This document shows positions 1 through 9,280 of a stretch of 64,000 bases of DNA, piece by piece. The stretch is from Auanema rhodensis. Lineage: Eukaryota > Animalia > Nematoda. Positions within the stretch are counted from its first letter, which is position 1; every line of letters starts with the position of its first letter. Where the stretch lies: positions 14,012,001 through 14,076,000 of the forward strand of contig OZ059896.1 in NCBI GenBank assembly GCA_964057225.1, in the 5' to 3' direction. The notes under the pieces are model-generated. The model was not told the DNA's origin. It worked only from the letters and a program-made list of their open reading frames with translations, and ran no database searches. The translations under genes were made by a program, and so were the position numbers.

Positions 1-3000
1 ATCTCGCTGCCCACAAAACGCGCTGCAATATCGTCTCTACCTAGTATGGTCCTCATTGCAATTGTGGGCTCTATTTGTAAAATAGAACGCCATAATTCCA
101 GGTATCTATTCTGGATTTCACATATGGATTCAAAAGATTCCACAAAATGTCGTTGTAGTTCTTCCTGCACAATTGTGGTAGCGTATTGCAGATGATCTTG
201 TGCTATTTTTCGAGATGTATTTTGATTAGTTTGCATTTCATTGTTCACTTTTGATGCTATATAATTGCTCTGAGCCTGAATCGCTTTTGTTTCTATAGGA
301 GGCGATGATGTTCTTTGTTTCCTTAAGGAGCGTAGCGTGGTTTCGGATATGGGTGTCATTGTTGAAGGTGTTTTCTCAGTGTACAAAGCATATAACATCG
401 TGCTTGTTGCGTGTGTCGTGGTTGTCTCAGTAGTTTCATCAAATCTTGTTGTTTGCTGCACCAAGGTAGCGGTTTTTGTTACTGGCTGTGGTGCATAGGT
501 CGTCTGACTTTTTGTAGGTTCTTTGTAAATTGTTTCCGGAGGCCCTGATAGTGGTGTCATTTGAGTGGTGGTAATAGGCAGTCTTCTACTCAAGTAAGGT
601 GGTTTGCGTGTGTCTTCTAGCAAAGGTAGGAATGTCCGAATGAGCAATTCTCGCGTATCTTTGCTAGGATTCTGTATACGAGGATGTGGGCCCACCGGTA
701 TACCAAAATTGTTCTCTATATCGTGGTATAATGTATGTATATCTGGTAGTTTGGTGGCAGGAACCGGCAGATGACGAAACCTTTCATCATCCTTGGCGGC
801 TATCGTTCTATTTGGCCTAGCCACGCGTAGTTTGATTATGTTGTGATATAAGTCGAGAGTGTTTTCAAGTACTCTTCTCTCCTCCTCACTATCAGTCGTT
901 AAACTGGGCCTCGTAGGCGGCATGTTCACAAAGGCTTTTAAAACTTCTTGTTTTGATGGTACCGACAAGTTGTTTTCAAATACTACGGGCGTAAATGCTA
1001 GTTCTAATGCTATGCTTTCTGCTCTTTCGCGGTATGATCCATCTTTCTTTAAGAGTTTTTCGTCAAATTCTTCCGCTGACAATCTGTCGCCGATCTGCTC
1101 TAATAGTTGTAGAGAAGTAAGGTACCGGATAGCGCCTCTTGTGGTTGCTGCCAGCTCTTTTTGTGCCAAAAAGAAGAGTATAGCCTCTTCAGGGTTACGC
1201 AGTTCGTAAATTTTGAAAAATCGTTGTATTGATTTATCTGAGACGGGATTTCGAAGAAAGAAATAGAATTTCTCAGGATGTGCGGAAATCCAGTCGACAA
1301 CAGAGTATGAAGGATCTGCTATTTGTCTGCTACGCATGAGTGGGATAATTTGGGAAATTCCCGGGTTGCTCATAACTGGTCGGAGAAATGGATATGGGCA
1401 GATGTTTAAAATTATTGTTTCAAAATCTTCCTGTTGTTGAATCCATTCTTTGTTCATTTCAACCTTGCATTCTGCAATGGCTCTTTTTGTCCTTTTTGGC
1501 GGTAATTTCTTGAATTCTCTTTCGATCAGTTCATGTATATTGATGTCGTTTGGGAACTTCGGGAAGAGAATATAATTTCCAGTTGTAGTGTGAAAAATTG
1601 GTTGTTGGAAACAAGATGATATTTCTTTCGGGACTTTTTTGTTCTCAATGACAAGTGCAGACTGCGTTGTTGGGATGAGAATGATGCTGTCTCCAATTAT
1701 AGCATCATATTCGCTCATGTCAATGTAATTACAACGATTCTCGTAAGGCTGTTTGTCCCAAATGATTATAGAAGTGTTAGACGCACATTCTCCGTGATGC
1801 GAAAGACAGCCTTCAGTATTCAAAATTAAATTCGATATTACAGTGTCATCTGGCATTCTTGTCATTACTCCTCGTTCTAGTACCAGTCGAGGTTTTTCTT
1901 CGCATTGTTCATTATTGAGCGATCGTCCGGGCGAAAATGTTGGCTCGTTTGTTGCATATGTAATGCTATCAAGTTTTTTCAATTCCTCAGAGCTCCATTT
2001 CCTATCTCGTACTGCCAACCTGCATTCTGCGGCTGGTATTTTTTCGATTCTGTCAACTGTACTGTTGTAGTCTCGAAGAAATAGGAGGTCTCTTATACAT
2101 ATTTTATGAACCTCTTTAGAGCATCTCCAGGCGTCCCATTCGTGAGCTGTTTGATTTCTTGTGTAAAGATGAATTCTTGTCCGAAGCACGTGTTTTGTTG
2201 ATGGTATGGAACATTTTCTAAGGGAAGGTGGAATCAGAAGGGCTCCTCCGGTAGCTTTTGTGCATAGCTGATAAGCTTCCACAGTGGTGATCAGTGATAA
2301 GATTACTGATAAAGCTACTGCTAATGTTAAAGGAGATATTAAAGTCAAGTTATTGACTCTAGAGCCTCTTCCTCTTCCTCTGTTGTTGTTATTTCCCCTG
2401 AAAGGATTATTTAAGCGTTGACGGTTATCGTTTATCTCCTGGTTGCGTGATAAAGTATTATTTCTTCGATACCAATTCGAGTTAGGTTGATTTGAAAAAT
2501 TTCGACCGCGATTACCAAAATTGCGATTTCTTGCAAATGAATTTTGATAATTTTGAGGTTTTTGATAGTTTGATGAATTTTGATAATTTTGATAATTTCG
2601 ATAATTTTTATTGTTGAATGATTGATATCCTCTACCGTTTCCTCGCCTACCAGTATCTCTCCTTTGTGGGAATGTTCTTTCTATTGCGTTTACAAGTAAC
2701 GCTTGAGGGTCAGCTACTTGATTAGCTATTGATTCTTCCCAACGGGCGTTATCAATAGCTTCAGAAAAAGTTTTGGGTTTTGCTCTGATTACCCCAGGGC
2801 GTATGCTGTTTTTGAGTCCTCGCAAAAATGTTGATCGGAGGATGTGATCCTTGTGAGGATCACTCTGAGAAAATGCGTTCAAACTTAAGTTACGTAGGGT
2901 TTGCGCAAATCCATCCACTGATAAGTCGCCTTGGGTGGAATTTTGAAGCGTTATCAGTGCCGGGTCCTGATTATATTCAGGGCAAAGCTTCGATGTTAAC

Positions 3001-4439
3001 TCTTCGATCAGTGTGATCCAAGGTCCAGCTGTCTTTATTTCATTGGCCAGCTGTGTATAAGCTTCTTCCGCTCTTTCATTTTTGAGAAGTAGAGGCAAGA
3101 TAGTTAATCTCTCAGGCATCACTAAGCCTAAGGCATTAGAGAAGGTGTTAAATTTCGCAACGAAATCTCGAAAGTTACGACTTCCATCATATATGGGGCA
3201 GTATGGAGAGCTTAATGCCTGAGCAATGGTTGATTTACCAGCTCCCGGGAGACGTGGTGTTTCAGTCATTTCTGATGAAATGCCTTTGGGGTGTGTGATA
3301 GGTGATGTTATCACTTCACTTATTGATGCTTCTGGGTAAGTGTTTCTTCTTGTCTCTGAAGAGCCACCGGTCTCTGAATCGATTGAAGAGCTTATAACGG
3401 GAACCGCTGTTGTAGAACGAGCTTTTTGGACCTTGATAACCCTGCCAGATGCCTGAGGCGGTGTTATAGGAGTTGATTGGGAGCTAAGGATTGCGCTATC
3501 TGATTTGTTAAGATAAGAGTTATGTGAAGCAAATCGAGGTCTTACGGTATTGGGAGTTGTTGCTTTATCACCTGGAGATAAGTTTAAGATCTTTATCAGT
3601 CGGGCTGTTAACGATCTCTTGTTTTTGTACTTATCAGTTGTAAGTGATAACGGTGAAACTTCTGAAGCTTCTGCGGAGGGTGCTTCTGCCTCAGTGGTTA
3701 CTTTTGTTCGTTTACGGGGTGTGCTGGTTTTCCTCTTATTGGAAATATTCTTTTTGAGCTTATCAGTGATAGCTGATAAAGGAGATTGGCTAGTATTAGC
3801 TTCGGTGAGCTCTTGATTTGAAGAGTTTCGAAGGTCTGTAGTTGCGGAATACGCCTGTGGACTCTGGGTTAGCTCTATAGAAGGAGAGAGTGTGTTATCA
3901 GTGATAGCTGATAAAGTGTTTGGATCTGAGTTAACAGGAGAGGCAAATACGGTTGTCGGATTTTCTTTTTGAATTTTTCGATTTTTATTAGTATTAAATG
4001 AGCGTACCTTGGGGTTTGTAGTGGGAGTTTGAGCGTTGCCGTCGGCTATGATGAAGTCCGGGTCTTCGTCGGTGTCGTCAGAAGGTGAATATGTCCCTTC
4101 GCGTGGAGTATAGAATTTGTCGAGTTGTGGTTTCGGCTTTTCGTCCGGCTGATTAGACTCTTCTATTTGAACACTGAGGAGTCGTGTGCGGCTTCTTGTA
4201 CGGCTAGCGACGGTAGCGTCGCTGTTAGAATCTGATGGGTGAAGGGCTGGAAAAGCCGAAGCAAATCTCTTTGCCACCTTTGTAGTACTCTTGGTTTGGA
4301 AAAACCGAGAGTGGTGGGCTACGTGAGGGATGTTGACGTTAGTAGCTGAGTATTCTGTAGATAGGATGAGAGTTGTATTAAAGTAGAAACTTTTCGTGCG
4401 TCGCTGGGGCGATGCTGCAGGGTGAATGAGAAGGAATTT
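1..4439 (-). CDS. Gag-Env polyprotein (partial, runs off window): S/T-rich N-terminal region, Gypsy-type capsid, N/Q/R/G-rich region, internal signal peptide, gB-like class III fusion glycoprotein
   Basis: Hand translation shows no stop from 4439 to 3; first in-frame ATG at 3269. Capsid motifs PIYDGSRNFRDFVAKF, QGDLSVDGFAQTLRNL, FLRGLKNSIR, PKTFSEAIDNARWEE. Signal LTLAVALSVILSLITTVEA|YQLC. CLSHHGEC...IIW; furin-type RTKR (1493-1482); gB-like helix LQY-x20-CEIQNRYLELWRSILQIEPTIAMRTILGRDDIAARFVG. Confidence 0.88.
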
Positions 4440-4689
4440 TCAATCTTGGCCAGAGATCTAACTCCGCCCATCCACCGTATTCGGCAATCAGCAATCGTGT
4501 TTATAATTTGACATACTCGGTCCTTCTATTAAATCCGTAATGACGGTGTTTGTTGTACATGTGTACTTTTCAAAAATTTTTTTTTCTTTTGTGTTTCCGG
4601 TTCTTTTAGTCACTTGGAACCAATTTCAAAATGGAATTGCAACCATTTTGAATAACCTTCACAATACAAAAAGTGTATGAGGCATAAGT

Positions 4690-4701
4690 TTTTTTTTTTT
4701 T

Positions 4702-4738
<37 letters not shown>

Positions 4739-4776
4739 CAACAAAAGAACGAAAAAAAATTTTTTTTTTTTTTTTT
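4690..4776. repeat. Long T homopolymer tracts (A-rich on the element strand) in the retroelement leader
   Basis: Runs of roughly 11-35 T visible directly. Confidence 0.8.
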
Positions 4777-5526
4777 CGCTTATTTGCTGAAGAATACGAA
4801 AATTATTCCGGTTTTAACAGAAATATGTGAAAATTTTAAGGTTACGGTAGGAATATGTGGTTATCTTATGATGTATGCAACAAAATGAGTTGAGGAAGGT
4901 TACATACTCTATGGGGATAAAATCCAAAGCAGTTATGTTTTCGCCAACCTGACCTGACTGTCAAGTAAGAGCTAAAAAAGTCTCACTGAGCAGATTTACC
5001 AGGATTTTTCGGACTAGTGTGGTCTATCTTAATGATTTTCTCTGACTTTCAGTCAATTTCCCGCAAAATGTTATTCAATCTGTGATCTTGTGCGTCTGAA
5101 TATGATTATAATTTGATGTATGCTAGTCCTGACCACAAAATTAAAAATGTTATAGTTATGCGCGCGTTTATGTTATTTTGTTTCCAAGAGTTATTCTTCT
5201 CATTGCAAAATGTAATCAAAATTCGATTAGTTTTCGTCTGGTAAAATCGTTCTCTATTTTAGTCCAAACGTCCTCAAAAAAAAATGCATAAGAAGCGGTA
5301 CGAGATACGGTATTACAAAGGGTGGACATTCAGACGGTTTAAATATGAGAACGGCGGGCAATTTTTGAAAAATTTTTGTCCTATCTCTCAATCAAAAGAG
5401 ATCCCTTGTATCTGTACCCTAAATACAAGTTGGCGCCTACATTTAGTTGCTAACCGTGGAGGAAATTTTAATTTAGTTTCAAAAAATGGACTTTTCGAGG
5501 TTAATTTTGATCAAAAGTGAGTTCGA

Positions 5527-5539
5527 GGTGGAACCTCCA
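5527..5539 (-). promoter_or_regulatory. Primer-binding site complementary to the tRNA-Gln 3' end
   Basis: - strand TGGAGGTTCCACC abuts the LTR; 12/13 match to the array tRNA 3' end plus CCA (GGCGGAACCT-CCA), 13/13 to a GGTGGAACCT-CCA variant. Confidence 0.9.
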
Positions 5540-5904
5540 CGTTCCATTATGCTCCTGCGTATATTGAACAGACCATTGTAGTCTGCTCAACTACGCGGAT
5601 AGTATTCCATAAGTGTAGCGTATGAAAACAGAGCATAAGGATATCATAAGATAAGGAAAAGGATAGATTTATTATACACGATACAACAACATTACACTAC
5701 AATAATACAAGAATGGAGTAGACTACATTTACAAGACAATGACTAATGTACAAGATAAACTAAACTAGATACAAACCGTCCATGGGCTTGCTAAGAGGCG
5801 AACTCCTGGTTAGAGAACCGAGGTAAGGCGGAGCTATTCCTCAGTCCTCTAGTCAGTCTAACTCTAACCCACTAACTACATACACTAGGCGTCCGCATGG
5901 AACG
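5540..5904 (-). repeat. 5' LTR (365 bp) of the Gypsy-like element, termini CGTTCCAT...ATGGAACG
   Basis: 8-bp terminal inverted repeat; adjacent PBS; AATAAA on - strand (~5668-5673); motifs shared with the solo LTRs at 7509 and 8843. Confidence 0.85.
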
Positions 5905-5945
5905 CTTTGAATCCTGCGACCCGAGTTCAAATCTCGGCGGAACCT
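5905..5945 (+). pseudogene. 3' half of tRNA-Gln(UUG) disrupted by LTR insertion at the anticodon loop
   Basis: LTR end ...GGAACG is followed directly by CTTTGAATCC...GGAACCT (tRNA nt 32-72). Confidence 0.9.
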
Positions 5946-6039
5946 ACTTTTTCATTTTGATCAACTGGTCAATTTGTTTCTTCTTGAACTATTTTCTTGA
6001 AGAACATAGTCAAGGCGGAGTCTTTTGATCTAAATCGTC

Positions 6040-6111
6040 GGTTCCGTGGTGTAGCGGTTAGCACTCAGGACTCTGAATCCTGCGACCCGAGTTCAAATCT
6101 CGGCGGAACCT
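6040..6111 (+). tRNA. tRNA-Gln(CUG)
   Basis: Full cloverleaf, loop CTCTGAA. Confidence 0.93.
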
Positions 6112-6205
6112 ACTTTTTCATTTTTATCAGTTGGTCAATTTGTTTCTTCTTGAACTATTTTCTTGAAGAACATAGTCAAGGCGGAGTCTTTTGATCTAAA
6201 TCGTC

Positions 6206-6277
6206 GGTTCCGTGGTGTAGCGGTTAGCACTCAGGACTTTGAATCCTGCGACCCGAGTTCAAATCTCGGCGGAACCT
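6206..6277 (+). tRNA. tRNA-Gln(UUG)
   Basis: Full cloverleaf, loop CTTTGAA. Confidence 0.93.
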
Positions 6278-6371
6278 ACTTTTTCATTTTGATCAACTAG
6301 TCAATTTGTTTCTTCTTAAACTATCTACTTGAAGAACATAGTCAAGGCGGAGTCTTTTGATCTAAATCGTC

Positions 6372-6443
6372 GGTTCCGTGGTGTAGCGGTTAGCACTCAG
6401 GACTCTGAATCGTGCGACCCGAGTTCAAATCTCGGCGGAACCT
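6372..6443 (+). tRNA. tRNA-Gln(CUG) with anticodon-stem mismatch
   Basis: TCGTG instead of TCCTG in the 3' anticodon stem. Confidence 0.8.
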
Positions 6444-6537
6444 ACTTTTTCATTTTTATCAGTTGGTGAATTTGTTTCTTCTTGAACTATTTTCTTGAAG
6501 AACATAGTCAAGGAGGAGTCTTTTGATCTAAATCGTC

Positions 6538-6609
6538 GGTTCCGTGGTGTAGCGGTTAGCACTCAGGACTTTGAATCCTGCGACCCGAGTTCAAATCTCG
6601 GCGGAACCT
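6538..6609 (+). tRNA. tRNA-Gln(UUG)
   Basis: Full cloverleaf. Confidence 0.93.
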
Positions 6610-6703
6610 ACTTTTTCATTTTGATCAGTTGGTGAATTTGTTTCTTCTTGAACTATTTTCTTGAAGAACATAGTCAAGGCGGAGTCTTTTGATCTAAATC
6701 GTC

Positions 6704-6775
6704 GGTTCCGTGGTGTAGCGGTTAGCACTCAGGACTTTGAATCCTGCGACCCGAGTTCAAATCTCGGCGGAACCT
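6704..6775 (+). tRNA. tRNA-Gln(UUG)
   Basis: Full cloverleaf. Confidence 0.93.
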
Positions 6776-6869
6776 ACTTTTTCATTTTGATCAACTAGTC
6801 AATTTGTTTCTTCTTAAACTATCTACTTGAAGAACATAGTCAAGGCGGAGTCTTTTGATCTAAATCGTC

Positions 6870-6941
6870 GGTTCCGTGGTGTAGCGGTTAGCACTCAGGA
6901 CTCTGAATCCTGCGACCCGAGTTCAAATCTCGGCGGAACCT
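6870..6941 (+). tRNA. tRNA-Gln(CUG)
   Basis: Full cloverleaf. Confidence 0.93.
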
Positions 6942-7035
6942 ACTTTTTCATTTTTATCAGTTGGTGAATTTGTTTCTTCTTGAACTATTTTCTTGAAGAA
7001 CATAGTCAAGGCGGAGTCTTTTGATCTAAATCGTC

Positions 7036-7107
7036 GGTTCCGTGGTGTAGCGGTTAGCACTCAGGACTTTGAATCCTGCGACCCGAGTTCAAATCTCGGC
7101 GGAACCT
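7036..7107 (+). tRNA. tRNA-Gln(UUG)
   Basis: Full cloverleaf. Confidence 0.93.
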
Positions 7108-7201
7108 ACTTTTTCATTTTGATCAACTGGTCAATTTGTTTCTTCTTGAACTATATTCTTGAAGAACATAGTCAAGGCGGAGTCTTTTGATCTAAATCGT
7201 C

Positions 7202-7273
7202 GGTTCCGTGGTGTAGCGGTTAGCACTCAGGACTTTGAATCCTGCGACCCGAGTTCAAATCTCGGCGGAACCT
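7202..7273 (+). tRNA. tRNA-Gln(UUG)
   Basis: Full cloverleaf. Confidence 0.93.
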
Positions 7274-7367
7274 ACTTTTTCATTTTGATCAACTAGTCAA
7301 TTTGTTTCTTCTTAAACTATCTACTTGAAGAACATAGTCAAGGCGGAGTCTTTTGATATAAATCGTC

Positions 7368-7439
7368 GGTTCCGTGGTGTAGCGGTTAGCACTCAGGACT
7401 TTGAATCCTGCGACCCGAGTTCAAATCTCGGCGGAACCT
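7368..7439 (+). tRNA. tRNA-Gln(UUG)
   Basis: Full cloverleaf. Confidence 0.93.
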
Positions 7440-7508
7440 ACTTTTTCATTTTTATCAGTTGGTCAATTTGTTTCTTCTTGAACTTTCTTCTTGAAGAACA
7501 TAAACAAG

Positions 7509-7845
7509 CGTTCCGTTATGCTCGCACGTCGATCCTATAGACCAATAAAGCCTACAAGATGAGTGTGATAGTATTCCAGATGTAGCGGTGCATAAAGAGC
7601 ATAATGGATAAACATAAGACTCGAGAAAGAAAGGTTTATTATGTCTACATGATTACAATAAGTTATAAAAGTCTGCATAAAGATATAAAGTGAAAGAGAG
7701 CTAAGAAAGGAAGACAAACCATCCATAGTCATTCCATAAGGCAAAGCTGAAGTCTGTGTTCCATATGAAGGGCGTGTCGTCCTCTCTCAGCCTCATGTTG
7801 CCTGATTCTAACCCGCCTGCTACGTATTGATTTCCAAATGGAACG
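7509..7845 (-). mobile_element. Solo LTR (337 bp), sister family of the 5540-5904 LTR, 4-bp TSD CAAG
   Basis: CAAG|CGTTCCGT...ATGGAACG|CAAG; shares TTATGCTC, GATAGTATTCCA, GAGCATAA and TTTATT with LTR 5540-5904. Confidence 0.87.
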
Positions 7846-7874
7846 CAAGGCGGAGTCTTTTGATCTAAATAGTC

Positions 7875-7946
7875 GGTTCCGTGGTGTAGCGGTTAGCACT
7901 CAGGACTTTGAATCCTGCGACCCGAGTTCAAATCTCGGCGGAACCT
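7875..7946 (+). tRNA. tRNA-Gln(UUG)
   Basis: Full cloverleaf, 29 bp from the solo LTR. Confidence 0.93.
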
Positions 7947-8040
7947 ACTTTTTCATTTAGATCAACTGGTCAATTTGTTTCTTCTTGAACTATTTTCTTG
8001 AAGAACATAGTCAAGGCGGAGTCTTTTGATCTAAATCGTC

Positions 8041-8112
8041 GGTTCCGTGGTGTAGCGGTTAGCACTCAGGACTCTGAATCCTGCGACCCGAGTTCAAATC
8101 TCGGCGGAACCT
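8041..8112 (+). tRNA. tRNA-Gln(CUG)
   Basis: Full cloverleaf. Confidence 0.93.
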
Positions 8113-8206
8113 ACTTTTTCATTTTTATCAGTTGGTCAATTTGTTTCTTCTTGAACTATTTTCTTGAAGAACATAGTCAAGGCGGAGTCTTTTGATCTAA
8201 ATCGTC

Positions 8207-8278
8207 GGTTCCGTGGTGTAGCGGTTAGCACTCAGGACTCTGAATCCTGCGACCCGAGTTCAAATCTCGGCGGAACCT
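8207..8278 (+). tRNA. tRNA-Gln(CUG)
   Basis: Full cloverleaf. Confidence 0.93.
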
Positions 8279-8372
8279 ACTTTTTCATTTTTATCAGTTG
8301 GTCAATTTGTTTCTTCTTGAACTATTTTCTTGAAGAACATAGTCAAGGCGGAGTCTTTTGATCTAAATCGTC

Positions 8373-8444
8373 GGTTCCGTGGTGTAGCGGTTAGCACTCA
8401 GGACTCTGAATCCTGCGACCCGAGTTCAAATCTCGGCGGAACCT
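8373..8444 (+). tRNA. tRNA-Gln(CUG)
   Basis: Full cloverleaf. Confidence 0.93.
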
Positions 8445-8538
8445 ACTTTTTCATTTTTATCAGTTGGTCAATTTGTTTCTTCTTGAACTATTTTCTTGAA
8501 GAACATAGTCAAGGCGGAGTCTTTTGATCTAAATCGTC

Positions 8539-8610
8539 GGTTCCGTGGTGTAGCGGTTAGCACTCAGGACTCTGAATCCTGCGACCCGAGTTCAAATCTC
8601 GGCGGAACCT
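8539..8610 (+). tRNA. tRNA-Gln(CUG)
   Basis: Full cloverleaf. Confidence 0.93.
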
Positions 8611-8701
8611 ACTTTTTCATTTTTATCAGTTGGTCAATTTGTTTCTTCTTGAACTATTTTCTTGAAGAACATAGTCAAGGTCGGTTCCGTGGTGTATCGT
8701 C

Positions 8702-8773
8702 GGTTCCGTGGTGTAGCGGTTAGCACTCAGGACTTTGAATCCTGCGACCCGAGTTCAAATCTCGGCGGAACCT
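8702..8773 (+). tRNA. tRNA-Gln(UUG)
   Basis: Full cloverleaf; upstream spacer replaced by a duplicated tRNA 5' fragment. Confidence 0.92.
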
Positions 8774-8842
8774 ACTTTTTCATTTTTATCAGTTGGTCAA
8801 TTTGTTTCTTCTTGAACTTTCTTCTTGAAGAACATAAACAAG

Positions 8843-9179
8843 CGTTCCGTTATGCTCGCACGTCGATCCTATAGACCAATAAAGCCTACAAGATGAGTGT
8901 GATAGTATTCCAGATGTAGCGGTGCATAAAGAGCATAATGGATAAACATAAGACTCGAGAAAGAAAGGTTTATTATGTCTACATGATTACAATAAGTTAT
9001 AAAAGTCTGCATAAAGATATAAAGTGAAAGAGAGCTAAGAAAGGAAGACAAACCATCCATAGTCATTCCATAAGGCAAAGCTGAAGTCTGTGTTCCATAT
9101 GAAGGGCGTGTCGTCCTCTCTCAGCCTCATGTTGTCTGATTCTAACCCGCCTGCTACGTATTGATTTCCAAATGGAACG
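8843..9179 (-). mobile_element. Solo LTR, second copy (337 bp), TSD CAAG
   Basis: Same as 7509-7845 apart from one visible C/T difference; same insertion site and flanking variants. Confidence 0.87.
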
Positions 9180-9208
9180 CAAGGCGGAGTCTTTTGATCT
9201 AAATAGTC

Positions 9209-9280
9209 GGTTCCGTGGTGTAGCGGTTAGCACTCAGGACTTTGAATCCTGCGACCCGAGTTCAAATCTCGGCGGAACCT
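9209..9280 (+). tRNA. tRNA-Gln(UUG)
   Basis: Full cloverleaf. Confidence 0.93.

Larger units (their letters stand above)
1..5904 (-). mobile_element. Ty3/Gypsy-like (Metaviridae) LTR retroelement with gag-env(gB-like) ORF; 5' LTR, PBS, leader and ORF visible, 3' part beyond window start
   Basis: 5' LTR 5540-5904; PBS TGGAGGTTCCACC directly after the LTR on the - strand; ~1.1 kb leader; long ORF with Gypsy-type capsid motifs; inserted in a tRNA-Gln gene. Confidence 0.85.

Noticed and set aside
3180-3260. Walker-A-like RLPGAGKSTIAQAL just before the capsid
   Set aside because: The first Gly of GxxxxGKS is Arg, there is no preceding hydrophobic strand or Walker B, and it runs straight into the capsid YDG motif; probably coincidental.
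859-3816. Short plus-strand ORFs listed in the track
   Set aside because: Antisense shadows of the long minus-strand gag-env frame.
7509-7845. MITE/DNA transposon interpretation of the 337-bp insert
   Set aside because: Its relative at 5540-5904 abuts a PBS and a gag ORF, so it is better explained as a solo LTR.
7535-9078. Duplicated 69-aa minus-strand ORF (MPYGMT...)
   Set aside because: Lies within the solo LTRs, has no recognisable motif and is not evidently preserved in the related 5540-5904 LTR.
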